Notes: generated from the sequence alone by a model not told the origin. A stretch of 64,000 nt of DNA from an uncultured Flavobacteriales bacterium (GCA_902462305.1 CABQBC010000005.1:9642-73641); one strand, 5' to 3'. Positions 47,578 through 57,081 are shown, counted from the first letter of the stretch. Numbers and translations are program-made.

Positions 47578-49305
47578 TTAAAGAATAAATACGCCTTCAA
47601 AAACGGACGTGTTTCCTGCGTTATCCTCGACTTCCAGCCTGAAGACATGGCGGCCTTTGGACAAGCCTTCGCGCGAGGTATCCAGCGATATTTCATTCTT
47701 TTTGTATTCGTATTCACAGAGTATCCATTTTCCGTCCACGTAGCCTTTGAACGATTTTATCCCGGACTGGCCGTCCGATATATACATTTTCAGTACGCGG
47801 CCTGGCAATCTCTGTCCTTCTTTCCACGCTCCGCGGGTTATTTTGGGCGGAATGTCGTCCTGAGCCAGCGTGAAAGTTCCGAAAGACGTCGTATTAAGGT
47901 AAATCCGTCCGTCCTTTACATATCCGCCGAGGAATGAGTAGCGCGTATGTCCGTCGCGTGTGCGGTACGGGCGCGCTATCTTTGTCTTTGCAAGGTTTCC
48001 GGCTGGAATGCCGCTTATGTCGAAACTGATGGTAAACGGCGACAAAACGGCCGCATGCGGTCCGTCCAGCCGGAAGGTCAGGGAATCCGTGCGCTCGAAG
48101 TTCACGTACATGTTTTTACGGAACGTGTTTGCCGGGAAGTCGGCGGTAAATCTGCCGAATATTATCTTGTTCGGTCTGTCAGCCCTGAAGTACATGGCCC
48201 CGTTTTCCGTATCGCAGCCGGCACCGGGGTTTTCGCCTCCGTATGTATTGGTCTCGGGCGTGCCTATTATCGAAAATCGGCGTTCGGATATGTTGCCTGC
48301 CAGATCGGACACTTCTATGCGTATGTCGTACTGGTGTCCTTCGCCGATGTCCAGCACTGCCGGCACGAGGCATTGGCGGTCGTAGATGTCCAATTCGTTA
48401 TACGGTTCGACGTAGCATTTTACGAGCCTTTTCCCTGTGCGCCGGTAATAATCGTACAATATATGGTCGTTTATCTGTCTTGTCCGGGGAAAATCGAACT
48501 CGTTCATTTTCATTCCGTATGCTTTTACGCCTCCTACATACATGTTTATAGAATAGACACCGTTCTTGTTTGGCGCATCGTCCATGGTATCGTAAGTGTC
48601 CACCAGTACGACGGTTTTGCCGAATGCGCGTATAAGAGCGTTTGAAGAGCCTTTCTGGTAAACGACCCGCCGCGGTGCCGATGCCATCTCCAGTGTGTCC
48701 ATGCCGTCCGTGTTCATTATGTAAACCCCGTTTATGGTGGGAGGGCGGTGGTCGTCGACATCGAATCCGAAAAGAAGTGGGTTCATCGGCCGGTTATCCT
48801 CCGTGCGCCGTATTTCAAAATGCAGGTGAGGTCCTTCGGAGGAACCCGTATTTCCGGAATAGGCTATAAGCTCGCCTCTTTTTACAGGTATCAGGTCCGG
48901 GGAAAATTCTATGTCCGCCGTGAAACTTTCTTCGGCGTACTGACGTTTGCGAACCAGGGAATCTATGGAGGGAGCGAAGCGGTCGAGATGTCCGTACACT
49001 GTGGTATAGCCGTTAGGGTGCTCCACGTACAGCGCTTTGCCGTAACCGCCGATGCTTACGCTCGCCCTTTTTATGAAGCCGTCGGCCGGAGCGTGTATTT
49101 CCTTGCCGGTGACGAATTGTGTTTTGAAGTCCACCCCTGAGTGGAAGTGGTTGGAGCGCAATTCGGCAAATCCTCCGGCCAGAACCCTTTTGTGCGACAT
49201 GGGCGGGTCGAAGTATCCGCGCGGTACTTCCGGGGGTATCTGGGAATATGAATGCGTGATTGCGGAAAATACAAGCAAAGCGGTATAAAACAGCCTTTTC
49301 ATCAT
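47578..49305 (-). CDS. Secreted M23 (LytM-type) metallopeptidase, catalytically intact, with a large C-terminal extension
   Basis: Signal peptide MMKRLFYTALLVFSAITHSYSQ. Intact motifs HSGVD (HxxxD), YGHL and GPHLHFE (HxH). Start moved to the ATG at 49305. Confidence 0.88.
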   Translation of the reverse strand: MMKRLFYTALLVFSAITHSYSQIPPEVPRGYFDPPMSHKRVLAGGFAELRSNHFHSGVDFKTQFVTGKEIHAPADGFIKRASVSIGGYGKALYVEHPNGYTTVYGHLDRFAPSIDSLVRKRQYAEESFTADIEFSPDLIPVKRGELIAYSGNTGSSEGPHLHFEIRRTEDNRPMNPLLFGFDVDDHRPPTINGVYIMNTDGMDTLEMASAPRRVVYQKGSSNALIRAFGKTVVLVDTYDTMDDAPNKNGVYSINMYVGGVKAYGMKMNEFDFPRTRQINDHILYDYYRRTGKRLVKCYVEPYNELDIYDRQCLVPAVLDIGEGHQYDIRIEVSDLAGNISERRFSIIGTPETNTYGGENPGAGCDTENGAMYFRADRPNKIIFGRFTADFPANTFRKNMYVNFERTDSLTFRLDGPHAAVLSPFTISFDISGIPAGNLAKTKIARPYRTRDGHTRYSFLGGYVKDGRIYLNTTSFGTFTLAQDDIPPKITRGAWKEGQRLPGRVLKMYISDGQSGIKSFKGYVDGKWILCEYEYKKNEISLDTSREGLSKGRHVFRLEVEDNAGNTSVFEGVFIL

Positions 49306-49343
49306 CTTTACCGTCGAGTGTGTTGAAGATTCCATACGGAAAA

Positions 49344-49351
49344 CAAATATA
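49344..49351 (-). promoter_or_regulatory. Candidate -7 box (TATATTTG on the minus strand) for the M23 peptidase gene
   Basis: The plus strand reads CAAATATA at 49344-49351. It is divergent from the plus-strand box at 49401. Confidence 0.5.
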
Positions 49352-49400
49352 CGCATTAAAATTGTGCCGCCATAAAATTGGTAAGTTCAAAATGACTGCT

Positions 49401-49408
49401 TATATTTG
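49401..49408 (+). promoter_or_regulatory. Candidate -7 box TATATTTG for the NlpC/P60-epimerase-transglutaminase genes
   Basis: Exact TAnnTTTG match 72 nt upstream of the ATG at 49481. Confidence 0.5.
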
Positions 49409-49480
49409 CTAATCATTAATTTCCGCGCCTTTTTACAGGCATTTACACAACATATAATTATCATTAAAAAACATACGAGT

Positions 49481-50671
49481 ATGACTGTGATGAAAAGGAT
49501 ACTGCTACCGGTTTTCGTGGCGGCATCTGTAGCTTTGGCCGGGCAGGACCTTGCCCCCGTTATAAAGTCGGTACAGGAGAAATACGCTCCGGACAAGCGC
49601 ACGGCGCTTTTTTCCGTCGAGGCTATAAAAACAAACGGCCCGGTAGTGCTCAACGGGGAGACCAATATCCCTCAGGCAAAAGCCGAACTGTTGGAAAAAG
49701 CCGCGAAAAGCAATGTCGAAATAATAGACGCTATCAATGTGCTGCCCGATGAAAAAGGACTGGAAGGCAAGACCTACGGCGTGGTGAGCATATCGGTGGC
49801 CACATTGCGTTACGGTCCTTCGTATGCTTCGGAACAGGCTTCTCAGCTGCTTATGGGTACGCCTGTGAGGATACTGAAAAAGTCCGGGTGGTATCTTGTT
49901 CAGACGCCTGAAAATTATATAGCATGGGTGTCCGCAAGCGGCATAACGCCGATGACCAAACAGCAGTACAATGAATACGTTTCGGCTAAAAAGGTGATAT
50001 ATCTTCCCGAATATGGTTTTGCGTATTCCAAACCTGACGTGAAGTCCGAAAGGGTTTCGGACGTAGTGGCAGGCAATATGTTCAAATACGAAGGTACGAA
50101 AGGTAAGTTCGCTAAAGTATCGTTTGCCGACGGCCGTGAGGCTTATATCCCAAAAAGCGAAGTGACCGACTTCTCCGCCTGGGCCAAAAATACCCGTCCT
50201 ACGGAGGAAAGCATCATAAAAACGGCATACAGGTTTATGGGGGTTCCGTACCTTTGGGCAGGAACATCTTCCAAGATGTTGGATTGCAGCGGTTTTTCCA
50301 AAACGGTCTATCTCCTCAACGGTCTTATCCTGGCACGCGACGCATCGCAGCAATGCCTGACCGGCCAGAACATAAACGTGAGCGAAGGCTATAAGAACCT
50401 CCGTCCCGGCGATTTGGTCTTTTTCGGCAACCGCAAGGCCGACGGCTCTCCTAACAGGGTATGGCACGTTGGCATATACGTTGGCGACGGCATTTTTATC
50501 CACGAGGCCGGTAAGGTGCATCTTACCAGTTTCAATCCGGAACATAAGGATATCTATTCCAAATACTACGTGGATATTCTGGTGCGCGCTACCCGCATAA
50601 TAGGCACCGAGGATAAGGGAATGGGTGTCACTTCGGTTGAAAACAACCCTTATTTCGCATTGCAGCAGTAA
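49481..50671 (+). CDS. Secreted SH3b-NlpC/P60 cysteine peptidase (YkfC-like gamma-D-glutamyl-L-diamino acid endopeptidase)
   Basis: Signal peptide (MTV)MKRILLPVFVAASVALAGQD, SH3b-like repeats, then the NlpC/P60 core YLWAG.S....DCSGF and WHVGIY.G.G.FIH. The start could be 49481 or 49490. Confidence 0.85.
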   Translation: MTVMKRILLPVFVAASVALAGQDLAPVIKSVQEKYAPDKRTALFSVEAIKTNGPVVLNGETNIPQAKAELLEKAAKSNVEIIDAINVLPDEKGLEGKTYGVVSISVATLRYGPSYASEQASQLLMGTPVRILKKSGWYLVQTPENYIAWVSASGITPMTKQQYNEYVSAKKVIYLPEYGFAYSKPDVKSERVSDVVAGNMFKYEGTKGKFAKVSFADGREAYIPKSEVTDFSAWAKNTRPTEESIIKTAYRFMGVPYLWAGTSSKMLDCSGFSKTVYLLNGLILARDASQQCLTGQNINVSEGYKNLRPGDLVFFGNRKADGSPNRVWHVGIYVGDGIFIHEAGKVHLTSFNPEHKDIYSKYYVDILVRATRIIGTEDKGMGVTSVENNPYFALQQ

Positions 50672-50708
50672 ACGATAAATTCAAAAACATAAAACATAGA
50701 TTACTACG

Positions 50709-51878
50709 ATGGATACAAACAGAAGGGATTTCCTTAAAAAAGCAGCATTGGTAACAGGTGCCGGGATACTGGCTACGGCGGCATCGCCCGCACTGGCTTC
50801 GGTGGTAAGCCCGTCGAAAGCCCCGGCCATAAAAAAAGGAGGAAGCAAAAAGATGAAACTCACATACAAACCGTTCGAGACCAAATTCATACATGCTTTC
50901 GGCGTATCCGGTTCGACCCGCAGCTTCACTCCTCTGGTGCTGGTGCAGATAGAATACGACGGAATAATAGGCTATGGCGAAGCCGTAATGCCCCCTTATC
51001 TTGGCGAATCGCAGGCTTCAGTGCTCGAATTCCTCAAGAAAGTCAACCTCGAACAGTTCTCCAATCCTTTCGAACTTGACGACATCCTCACATATGTGGA
51101 TGGCATAGCTGCATATAACGCCGCAGCGAAGGCTTCGATAGACATAGCTCTCCATGATCTTGTGGGCAAGATGCTCGGCGCGAAATGGTGCGACATTTGG
51201 GGATATACGGCATCAAAGGCCCCTTCAACTTCGTATACCATAGGCATAGACACTCCTGAGGTCGTGCGCCAGAAAACACGTGAGGCCGCCCCGTACAGCA
51301 TCATAAAGGTGAAACTCGGAGGCCCGGAGGATAAGAAACTCGTCGAGACCATACGTGAAATAGAGCCGACAAAGCCGCTTTGCGTGGACGCCAACCAGGG
51401 TTGGAAAGATAAAAGTTACGCTCTGGATATGATATACTGGTGCAAGGAAAACGGTTTCATATTCGTAGAACAGCCTATCGGCAAGTACAATCTCGACGAC
51501 ATGGCGTGGATAACCGAGCGCAGCCCGCTGCCTACAGTAGCCGACGAGTCGTGCCAGAGGCTTTCCGACGTTGCCAAACTCCAGGGGGCGTTCAGCGCGA
51601 TAAACATAAAACTGATGAAATGTACCGGCCTTCGCGAGGCTCATAAAATGGTCGATCTGGCCCGTGCGCTCGGCATGAAGATAATGCTCGGATGCATGAG
51701 CGGAGAGACTTCCGTGGCGATATCCGCTGCGGCCCAGCTTTCCCCGGCCATAGACTGGGCCGACTTGGATGGCAACCTGCTCATCAACAACGACCCATTC
51801 GAGGGTATGAAGATAGTAAACGGCAAGATAACTTTGGCCGATTACCCCGGCGTAGGCGCTGTCCCCAGAAAAAAATAA
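50709..51878 (+). CDS. Enolase-superfamily dipeptide epimerase (L-Ala-D/L-Glu epimerase type) with an N-terminal twin-arginine signal
   Basis: The first 30 aa, MDTNRRDFLKKAALVTGAGILATAASPALA, form a Tat motif (RRDFLK), an h-region and an AxA site. The enolase-superfamily body includes IIKVKLG, CVDANQGW and VEQP, and begins at the internal Met at 50853. Confidence 0.85.
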   Translation: MDTNRRDFLKKAALVTGAGILATAASPALASVVSPSKAPAIKKGGSKKMKLTYKPFETKFIHAFGVSGSTRSFTPLVLVQIEYDGIIGYGEAVMPPYLGESQASVLEFLKKVNLEQFSNPFELDDILTYVDGIAAYNAAAKASIDIALHDLVGKMLGAKWCDIWGYTASKAPSTSYTIGIDTPEVVRQKTREAAPYSIIKVKLGGPEDKKLVETIREIEPTKPLCVDANQGWKDKSYALDMIYWCKENGFIFVEQPIGKYNLDDMAWITERSPLPTVADESCQRLSDVAKLQGAFSAINIKLMKCTGLREAHKMVDLARALGMKIMLGCMSGETSVAISAAAQLSPAIDWADLDGNLLINNDPFEGMKIVNGKITLADYPGVGAVPRKK

Positions 51879-51898
51879 CCCATAACCCCGATACCGAT

Positions 51899-53326
51899 AT
51901 GAATAAATATGCAATAGCAATAGCGGCCCTCGGAGCTTTCGCAGCCTCGTGTTCTCCCGGAAAGACGCAGCTTACACCTTCGCAGGCGGTTGACGCCCAA
52001 ACGGCGGCAGGCAATTATGCCCGTGCGGAATCCATGCTCGACTCCCTTATTGCCGATGCCGGCGATGATTTTACAAAGGCTTATGTCTTTATCCATAAAA
52101 AGGATTCGCTGTACAAACTCCGCAGCGATTTCCGCCGTACAAAGGATGAGGTCGTATCTTACGTCGAACGTTACTATGGCGACAGCTCCCTTGTCAAGGT
52201 AAAGCAATGGATAGAGAACGGCGTGCTCGAATACCGGGTTATAGACGGTGACACTCTCTTTTTCCGCAATGCTGCGCCTAACGTGTTCCGAGTGGACAAA
52301 GAAGCCATAGCTCGCGCTTATGCAGGCAATGACGGCGGCCGCGCACAGGATTCGGTACTCAATGTAAATCTTCCGGCCATACTGTCCGCTCCTAGCGGGC
52401 AGATAGCCGACCCTAAGACCATGAAAGTACGCCACCGCATAACCGTCAAGGCCGATGCTGTCCCTGCCGGAGACACCCTGCGCGTGTGGATACCCATACC
52501 GCGTTCCGATGTGCCGCGTCAGACCGATATAGAAATTCTTGCCACATCGGATTCGGCTATCGTGTCTCCTCTCGAATACTGCCACCACAGTGCATATATG
52601 GAAAAAGTAGCCGAAGCCGGAAAACCGACGGAATTTTTCGTGGAATACAAATACACGTCATGGGGGCAGCATTTCGATCTCGAAGGTGTGGAGATAGCTC
52701 CTTACGACACCACGTCGGCGCTTTATAAGGAATATACCGCCGTGCGTGCGCCGCACCTGCTCCAGAGCGAATATATGCGCGTATTGGCCAAAGAGATAGT
52801 CGGCAACGAGACAAATCCGTATATGAAAGTCAGAAAGATATTCGACTATGTTAAACAATATCCCTGGGCATCGGCGCTTAATTATTCGCTCATAAAGGAC
52901 ATACCGCAGTACGTGGTAGACAACAAGAAAGGCGACTGCGGCCAGGTGGCACTGCTCCTGATAAATCTTGCCCGCGCATCAGGCGTGCCGGCGCGTTGGC
53001 AGAGCGGTCTTATGATGCACCCCAAATCGTTTAACATGCATGATTGGGCCGAGGTATACTACGAAGGTATAGGCTGGGTTCCGGTGGATGTTTCGTTCGG
53101 CCGCAATAAGGTTCTTACCAACAAGGGCGGGGCGCAGTTCTTCGACAGCGGGATAGACTCGTGGCGTATGATAGCCAACAACGGTTATACATGCGGTTTT
53201 TATCCGGCTAAAAAATACCCCTCGAGCGATACCGTGGATTTCCAGGCCGGTGAGGTGGAAACGTCCGATGGCAACCTTTTCTACGACAAATGGTCGTGGA
53301 ACGTGGACATAGATTATATGAACTGA
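51899..53326 (+). CDS. Transglutaminase-like (papain-fold) lipoprotein
   Basis: Lipobox AAFAASCS. The transglutaminase core is KKGDCGQVALLLINLARASGVPARWQSG...HDWAEVY. The ORF-track start at 51692 overlaps the epimerase gene, so I chose the ATG at 51899. Confidence 0.8.
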   Translation: MNKYAIAIAALGAFAASCSPGKTQLTPSQAVDAQTAAGNYARAESMLDSLIADAGDDFTKAYVFIHKKDSLYKLRSDFRRTKDEVVSYVERYYGDSSLVKVKQWIENGVLEYRVIDGDTLFFRNAAPNVFRVDKEAIARAYAGNDGGRAQDSVLNVNLPAILSAPSGQIADPKTMKVRHRITVKADAVPAGDTLRVWIPIPRSDVPRQTDIEILATSDSAIVSPLEYCHHSAYMEKVAEAGKPTEFFVEYKYTSWGQHFDLEGVEIAPYDTTSALYKEYTAVRAPHLLQSEYMRVLAKEIVGNETNPYMKVRKIFDYVKQYPWASALNYSLIKDIPQYVVDNKKGDCGQVALLLINLARASGVPARWQSGLMMHPKSFNMHDWAEVYYEGIGWVPVDVSFGRNKVLTNKGGAQFFDSGIDSWRMIANNGYTCGFYPAKKYPSSDTVDFQAGEVETSDGNLFYDKWSWNVDIDYMN

Positions 53327-53386
53327 ACGCGATAATTGCGGGAAAAATACATAGACAAAAGGATATACAACAATTTAAAAGAAAAA

Positions 53387-55000
53387 ATGGCTGAATTTAA
53401 GTACCAGACACCAAAGCCGCTGGGCGAAGATACTACCGAGTACCGCCTTGTGACGAAAGATTATGTTGAAGTAAAGGAATGTGACGGCCGCCGGATTCTC
53501 AAAGTCGCCCCTGAAGGGCTGGAGCTTTTGGCAAAAGAGGCCATTGCGGATGTTTCGTTCTATCTGCGTCCTTCGCATCTTAAAAAACTGGCGTCGATAT
53601 TGGACGATCCGGAAGCTTCGGACAACGACAAGTTCGTAGCCTATACCATGCTGCGCAATCAGGTAGTGGCCGCCAAGGGCCAGTTGCCTACATGCCAGGA
53701 CACGGGAACGGCTATAGTAATGGCTAAGAAGGGCGAGGATGTGTACACCGGAGTCGACGATGCCGAGTGGCTATCCAAAGGTATTTTCCAAACGTATGCC
53801 GAGCGTAACCTGCGCTATTCCCAGGTTGTGCCTTACACCATGCTCGAAGAAAAGAACACGGGAACCAACCTGCCGGCACAGATAGATGTTTACTCCAAAC
53901 TCGGCGACCATTACGACTTCCTGTTCGTGACCAAGGGCGGAGGCTCGGCCAACAAAACCTATCTTTTCCAGGAAACCAAGGCGCTTCTGACCGAAGCTAA
54001 TCTTGAAAAATTCCTCCGCGACAAAATAAAGACTCTCGGCACGGCGGCATGTCCTCCGTACCATCTTGCTATCGTCATAGGCGGAACTTCGGCCGAGACA
54101 AACCTCAAAACAGTCAAAGAGGCTTCGACCGGTTATCTGGACAATCTGCCCACCAGCGGCAACGACGGCGGACAGGCTTTCCGCGATCTGGAATGGGAAG
54201 CAAAAGCGCTGAAAATATGCCAGGAATACGGACTTGGAGCGCAGTTCGGCGGCAAGTATTACGTACACGACGTACGCGTTATCCGCATGCCGCGACATGC
54301 CGCTTCGTGCCCCGTGGGAATAGGCGTGAGCTGTTCGGCGGACCGTAACATAAAGGCTAAGATAACGTCCGACGGTATTTTCCTTGAAAAACTGGAAAAG
54401 AATCCTGAAAAATACCTTCCTGCTCAGGAACCCGACCTTGCTCCGGCAGTCGAAATAAATCTCGACCGTCCGATGAAGGAAGTACTCGCTGAACTGACGA
54501 AATATCCTATCAAAACACGCCTGAGCCTGACCGGTACGCTGATCGTTGCGCGTGACATAGCTCATGCCCGTATCAAAGCCATGCTCGACGCAGGCAAACC
54601 TATGCCGGAATATTTCAAAAACCATCCGGTGTACTACGCAGGGCCTGCCAAAACACCGTCCGGAATGCCTTCCGGCAGCTTCGGTCCTACCACCGCCGGA
54701 CGTATGGACCCGTACGTGGACGAATTCCAGAAACACGGAGGTTCTATGATCATGGTTGCCAAGGGCAACCGTTCGCCTATGGTGCGTGAGGCGTGCAAAG
54801 CCAACGGCGGTTTCTATCTCGGTTCGATAGGTGGTCCCGCCGCGATATTGGCAGCCGAGAATATAAAATCGGTCGAAGTTGTCGATTTCGAAGAACTGGG
54901 AATGGAGGCCGTACGCAAGATACGTGTCGAAAATTTCCCAGCATTCATTATCTGCGACGACAAAGGCAACGACTTCTTTGAACAGTTGTGCAGTCATTGA
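53387..55000 (+). CDS. fumB: Class I (Fe-S) fumarate hydratase, FumA/FumB type
   Basis: Colinear with E. coli FumA as I recall it (DTEY.L......V.......[64 protein letters not shown]). ATG at 53387 chosen over the TTG at 53336. Confidence 0.95.
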   Translation: MAEFKYQTPKPLGEDTTEYRLVTKDYVEVKECDGRRILKVAPEGLELLAKEAIADVSFYLRPSHLKKLASILDDPEASDNDKFVAYTMLRNQVVAAKGQLPTCQDTGTAIVMAKKGEDVYTGVDDAEWLSKGIFQTYAERNLRYSQVVPYTMLEEKNTGTNLPAQIDVYSKLGDHYDFLFVTKGGGSANKTYLFQETKALLTEANLEKFLRDKIKTLGTAACPPYHLAIVIGGTSAETNLKTVKEASTGYLDNLPTSGNDGGQAFRDLEWEAKALKICQEYGLGAQFGGKYYVHDVRVIRMPRHAASCPVGIGVSCSADRNIKAKITSDGIFLEKLEKNPEKYLPAQEPDLAPAVEINLDRPMKEVLAELTKYPIKTRLSLTGTLIVARDIAHARIKAMLDAGKPMPEYFKNHPVYYAGPAKTPSGMPSGSFGPTTAGRMDPYVDEFQKHGGSMIMVAKGNRSPMVREACKANGGFYLGSIGGPAAILAAENIKSVEVVDFEELGMEAVRKIRVENFPAFIICDDKGNDFFEQLCSH

Positions 55001-55032
55001 GATAATGTTGCTCCGAGTTACATCGTAAAAAC

Positions 55033-55068
55033 AAAAACAGCCTTGCGGTAAAACGGCAAGGCTGTTTT
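55033..55068 (+). terminator. Rho-independent terminator after the fumarase gene
   Basis: CAGCCTTGC (55038-55046) pairs with GCAAGGCTG (55056-64) and is followed by TTTT. Confidence 0.75.
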
Positions 55069-55493
55069 ATTTGATTGTCAGGTTACGTTGTAAAAATGTG
55101 TTTTAATGGAGGTAGATGCCTTTTTTTAATGTTTAAGTTCTTGTTCCGGAACCTTTCAGAACGGGGAGGGGTGATTTTATGTTGTAATTGCTTTTTCAGG
55201 ACATATAATTGCGGGAACCATATGCTTAAGTTGACTGATTAATGTAGTTTGTCAGCGGTAGGAATGGAAGCGTTATACCCCGTTTGATGTTTATTTCTGT
55301 TTATAATGTACCGCCAGGTCAAAAAAACGGTATAAAAATTGCTGTGTAGTTAAGTGTATAAATCCCATGTTTTTTAACTCTGGTGTGAGTGTTGTTCAGG
55401 TCGTATAGGTAAGAATGAACGTTAATTGTATTTTTTAATATTAAATAGTGTCTTTTGTAGGATAAATATTTCACAAGTTAATTTCTAATAGGA

Positions 55494-55501
55494 TATATTT
55501 G
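55494..55501 (+). promoter_or_regulatory. Candidate -7 box TATATTTG for the 55531 gene
   Basis: Exact TAnnTTTG match 29 nt upstream of the ATG. Confidence 0.55.
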
Positions 55502-55530
55502 TTGCATACCAACTATGAAACCCTATTGAA

Positions 55531-56460
55531 ATGAAAACAAGACTTTTATTGATTCCCGTATTTTTTGTGTGGTATTGCTGCTGTGCGGTTTCGCAGGACA
55601 TAAACAGCGCACTCAAATTGGAAACAAAACGAAATGCCGATGAATCGGTGAATATTCTGGCAAGAACATATTCTCCGGGTACGTTCGGCATAGTGATGGA
55701 ATTCACCGGCCTTACGAACACAAGCCATCCGCGGTGGTCTTATGCTTCCGTCAGAGGTTCTGGAACCGTAGCCACATTGAGGCCGCTGAGTTCCGAACAG
55801 GGAGTCGGGTACAGTTATGTATATACTTATAACAGAGGACGCGCCAATCCCAGACATTCCGCTTCGGTAACGTACAGGCTTCCTTTTTCGGCAGGTAAAA
55901 CATGCCTTTGCAATACCCTTTCCTACCTGTGGGAAGACATTAGGGACAGACCGGAGGAATGGCATCCCTGGATGTTCCATATGGAAAAAGGCGATACGGT
56001 ATTTGCAATGCGCAAAGGCCGTGTGGTCGATATACACGACGGAGAAGATCCTGTATCCGATTCAGCAGTGGTGTCGTATTCGTCGCACAGCAACAAAATG
56101 ATAATAGAACATGAAGACGGTACGCTGGCTTATTATAATGTCTTGGAAAAAAACAGTTTTATGGTAAAAGTCGGGGATATTGTTTATCCTGATACGCCAT
56201 TGGCATTAGCCGGTTCTTTCGACAAAATCTATTATCAGGTACGTGTTAACGTTCGCATGCTTCGCGTGGATTTCGGTAAAATGAGTGATAGCGGGGATTT
56301 GTCGGATGCATTGTATTACAGTGATATAAACCCTGTATTCATGACCGAAAAAGGCCCTGCCGCACTTATTCCGAAGGAAAGTTACAAGTCTGTCGTAACC
56401 GTAGATATCGTCGAAGCCGAAATGACAAAAAAAGAAATTAAAAAACGGGCAGGCATGTGA
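55531..56460 (+). CDS. Secreted LytM/M23-fold protein with degenerate (probably non-catalytic) active site
   Basis: The signal peptide and the segment KGDTVFAMRKGRVVDI...IIEHEDGTLAYYNVL....V.VGD.V...TPLALAG follow the M23 beta-sheet pattern. However, YxHL reads YYNVL and the HLHFE position reads YYQVRVN. Confidence 0.45.
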   Translation: MKTRLLLIPVFFVWYCCCAVSQDINSALKLETKRNADESVNILARTYSPGTFGIVMEFTGLTNTSHPRWSYASVRGSGTVATLRPLSSEQGVGYSYVYTYNRGRANPRHSASVTYRLPFSAGKTCLCNTLSYLWEDIRDRPEEWHPWMFHMEKGDTVFAMRKGRVVDIHDGEDPVSDSAVVSYSSHSNKMIIEHEDGTLAYYNVLEKNSFMVKVGDIVYPDTPLALAGSFDKIYYQVRVNVRMLRVDFGKMSDSGDLSDALYYSDINPVFMTEKGPAALIPKESYKSVVTVDIVEAEMTKKEIKKRAGM

Positions 56461-56488
56461 TGTCACATAGGCCGAATTTATCGACTGT

Positions 56489-56521
56489 AAAAAAAGCCGC
56501 CTTTTAAAGGCGGCTTTTTTT
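56489..56521. terminator. Bidirectional rho-independent terminator
   Basis: AAAAAAA-GCCGCC-TTTTAAA-GGCGGC-TTTTTTT, between convergent genes. Confidence 0.85.
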
Positions 56522-56541
56522 GTTGCAGTAAAAAGTTCGGT

Positions 56542-57081
56542 TCAGAACGAATAGCCTATCTTAAAACCTATGGAGTTGGCTTTGTCGGTAAAACGGTAGC
56601 CGGCAATTCCATATTCGTATTTCTGAGAGTTGTAACATATGCTCAGGTTTACGGATTTTCTTTCAGCCACGCTGATGCTGGCGCCTATTGCAGGAGTGAT
56701 GAGAAATCCTTTCATTTTTATATATTCGCTGCCTTCGCTTTCATCTTTCAGGCTTACGGAATAACCGCAGTCCAGCGAGGCGAAAAGGCTGGCTTTATCC
56801 GATACGGGCAGGTATCCTTTGACGTTGGCGAAAACGGGCAGTGAGACAAATGAATAACCGTTTTTGAAATAGTAATCCAATCCTATTCCTAAACCGGCCG
56901 ACAGGTAGCGGTTAAATCGCCATCCGTTTATCATGCTCACACCTGCATGGTCTATTTTGCTATCTCCCGTGCCGAAAGCATACCCAGCCTGTATTTCTCC
57001 CTGATATTTTGTTTGTTTTTCCTGCGCATGGCATACTGTACAGAGCAGGATGAAAGCGGAAAGTAAAATAGCTTTTTTCAT
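56542..57081 (-). CDS. Small outer-membrane beta-barrel protein (OmpW/porin-family-like)
   Basis: Signal peptide MKKAILLSAFILLCTVCHAQE, alternating-hydrophobic strands, and a C-terminal ...GFKIGYSF ending in Phe. Start moved to the ATG at 57081. Confidence 0.7.
   Translation of the reverse strand: MKKAILLSAFILLCTVCHAQEKQTKYQGEIQAGYAFGTGDSKIDHAGVSMINGWRFNRYLSAGLGIGLDYYFKNGYSFVSLPVFANVKGYLPVSDKASLFASLDCGYSVSLKDESEGSEYIKMKGFLITPAIGASISVAERKSVNLSICYNSQKYEYGIAGYRFTDKANSIGFKIGYSF

Noticed and set aside
51692-51898. Over-extended ORF-track starts, for example 51692 for the transglutaminase-like gene, 39205 for the esterase, 29660 for mtnN, 57240 for the OMP, 57833 for tadA, 60565 for rpiB, 60626 for the PNPOx gene, 53336 for the fumarase gene and 37665 for Nif3.
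   Set aside because: The extensions overlap upstream genes, terminators or promoter boxes, and they lack homology to the family N-termini. Internal ATGs give canonical N-termini or signal peptides, and I used those coordinates.
55096-55242. A 48-aa Cys-rich small ORF (MCFNGGRCLFLMFKFLFRNLSERGGVILCCNCFFRTYNCGNHMLKLTD) in the long AT-rich spacer after the fumarase gene.
   Set aside because: It starts about 28 nt after the fumarase terminator, has no TAnnTTTG box upstream, and its Phe/Leu/Asn/Cys content is what random AT-rich DNA gives. It might be worth a Ribo-seq check, but the sequence alone does not support it.
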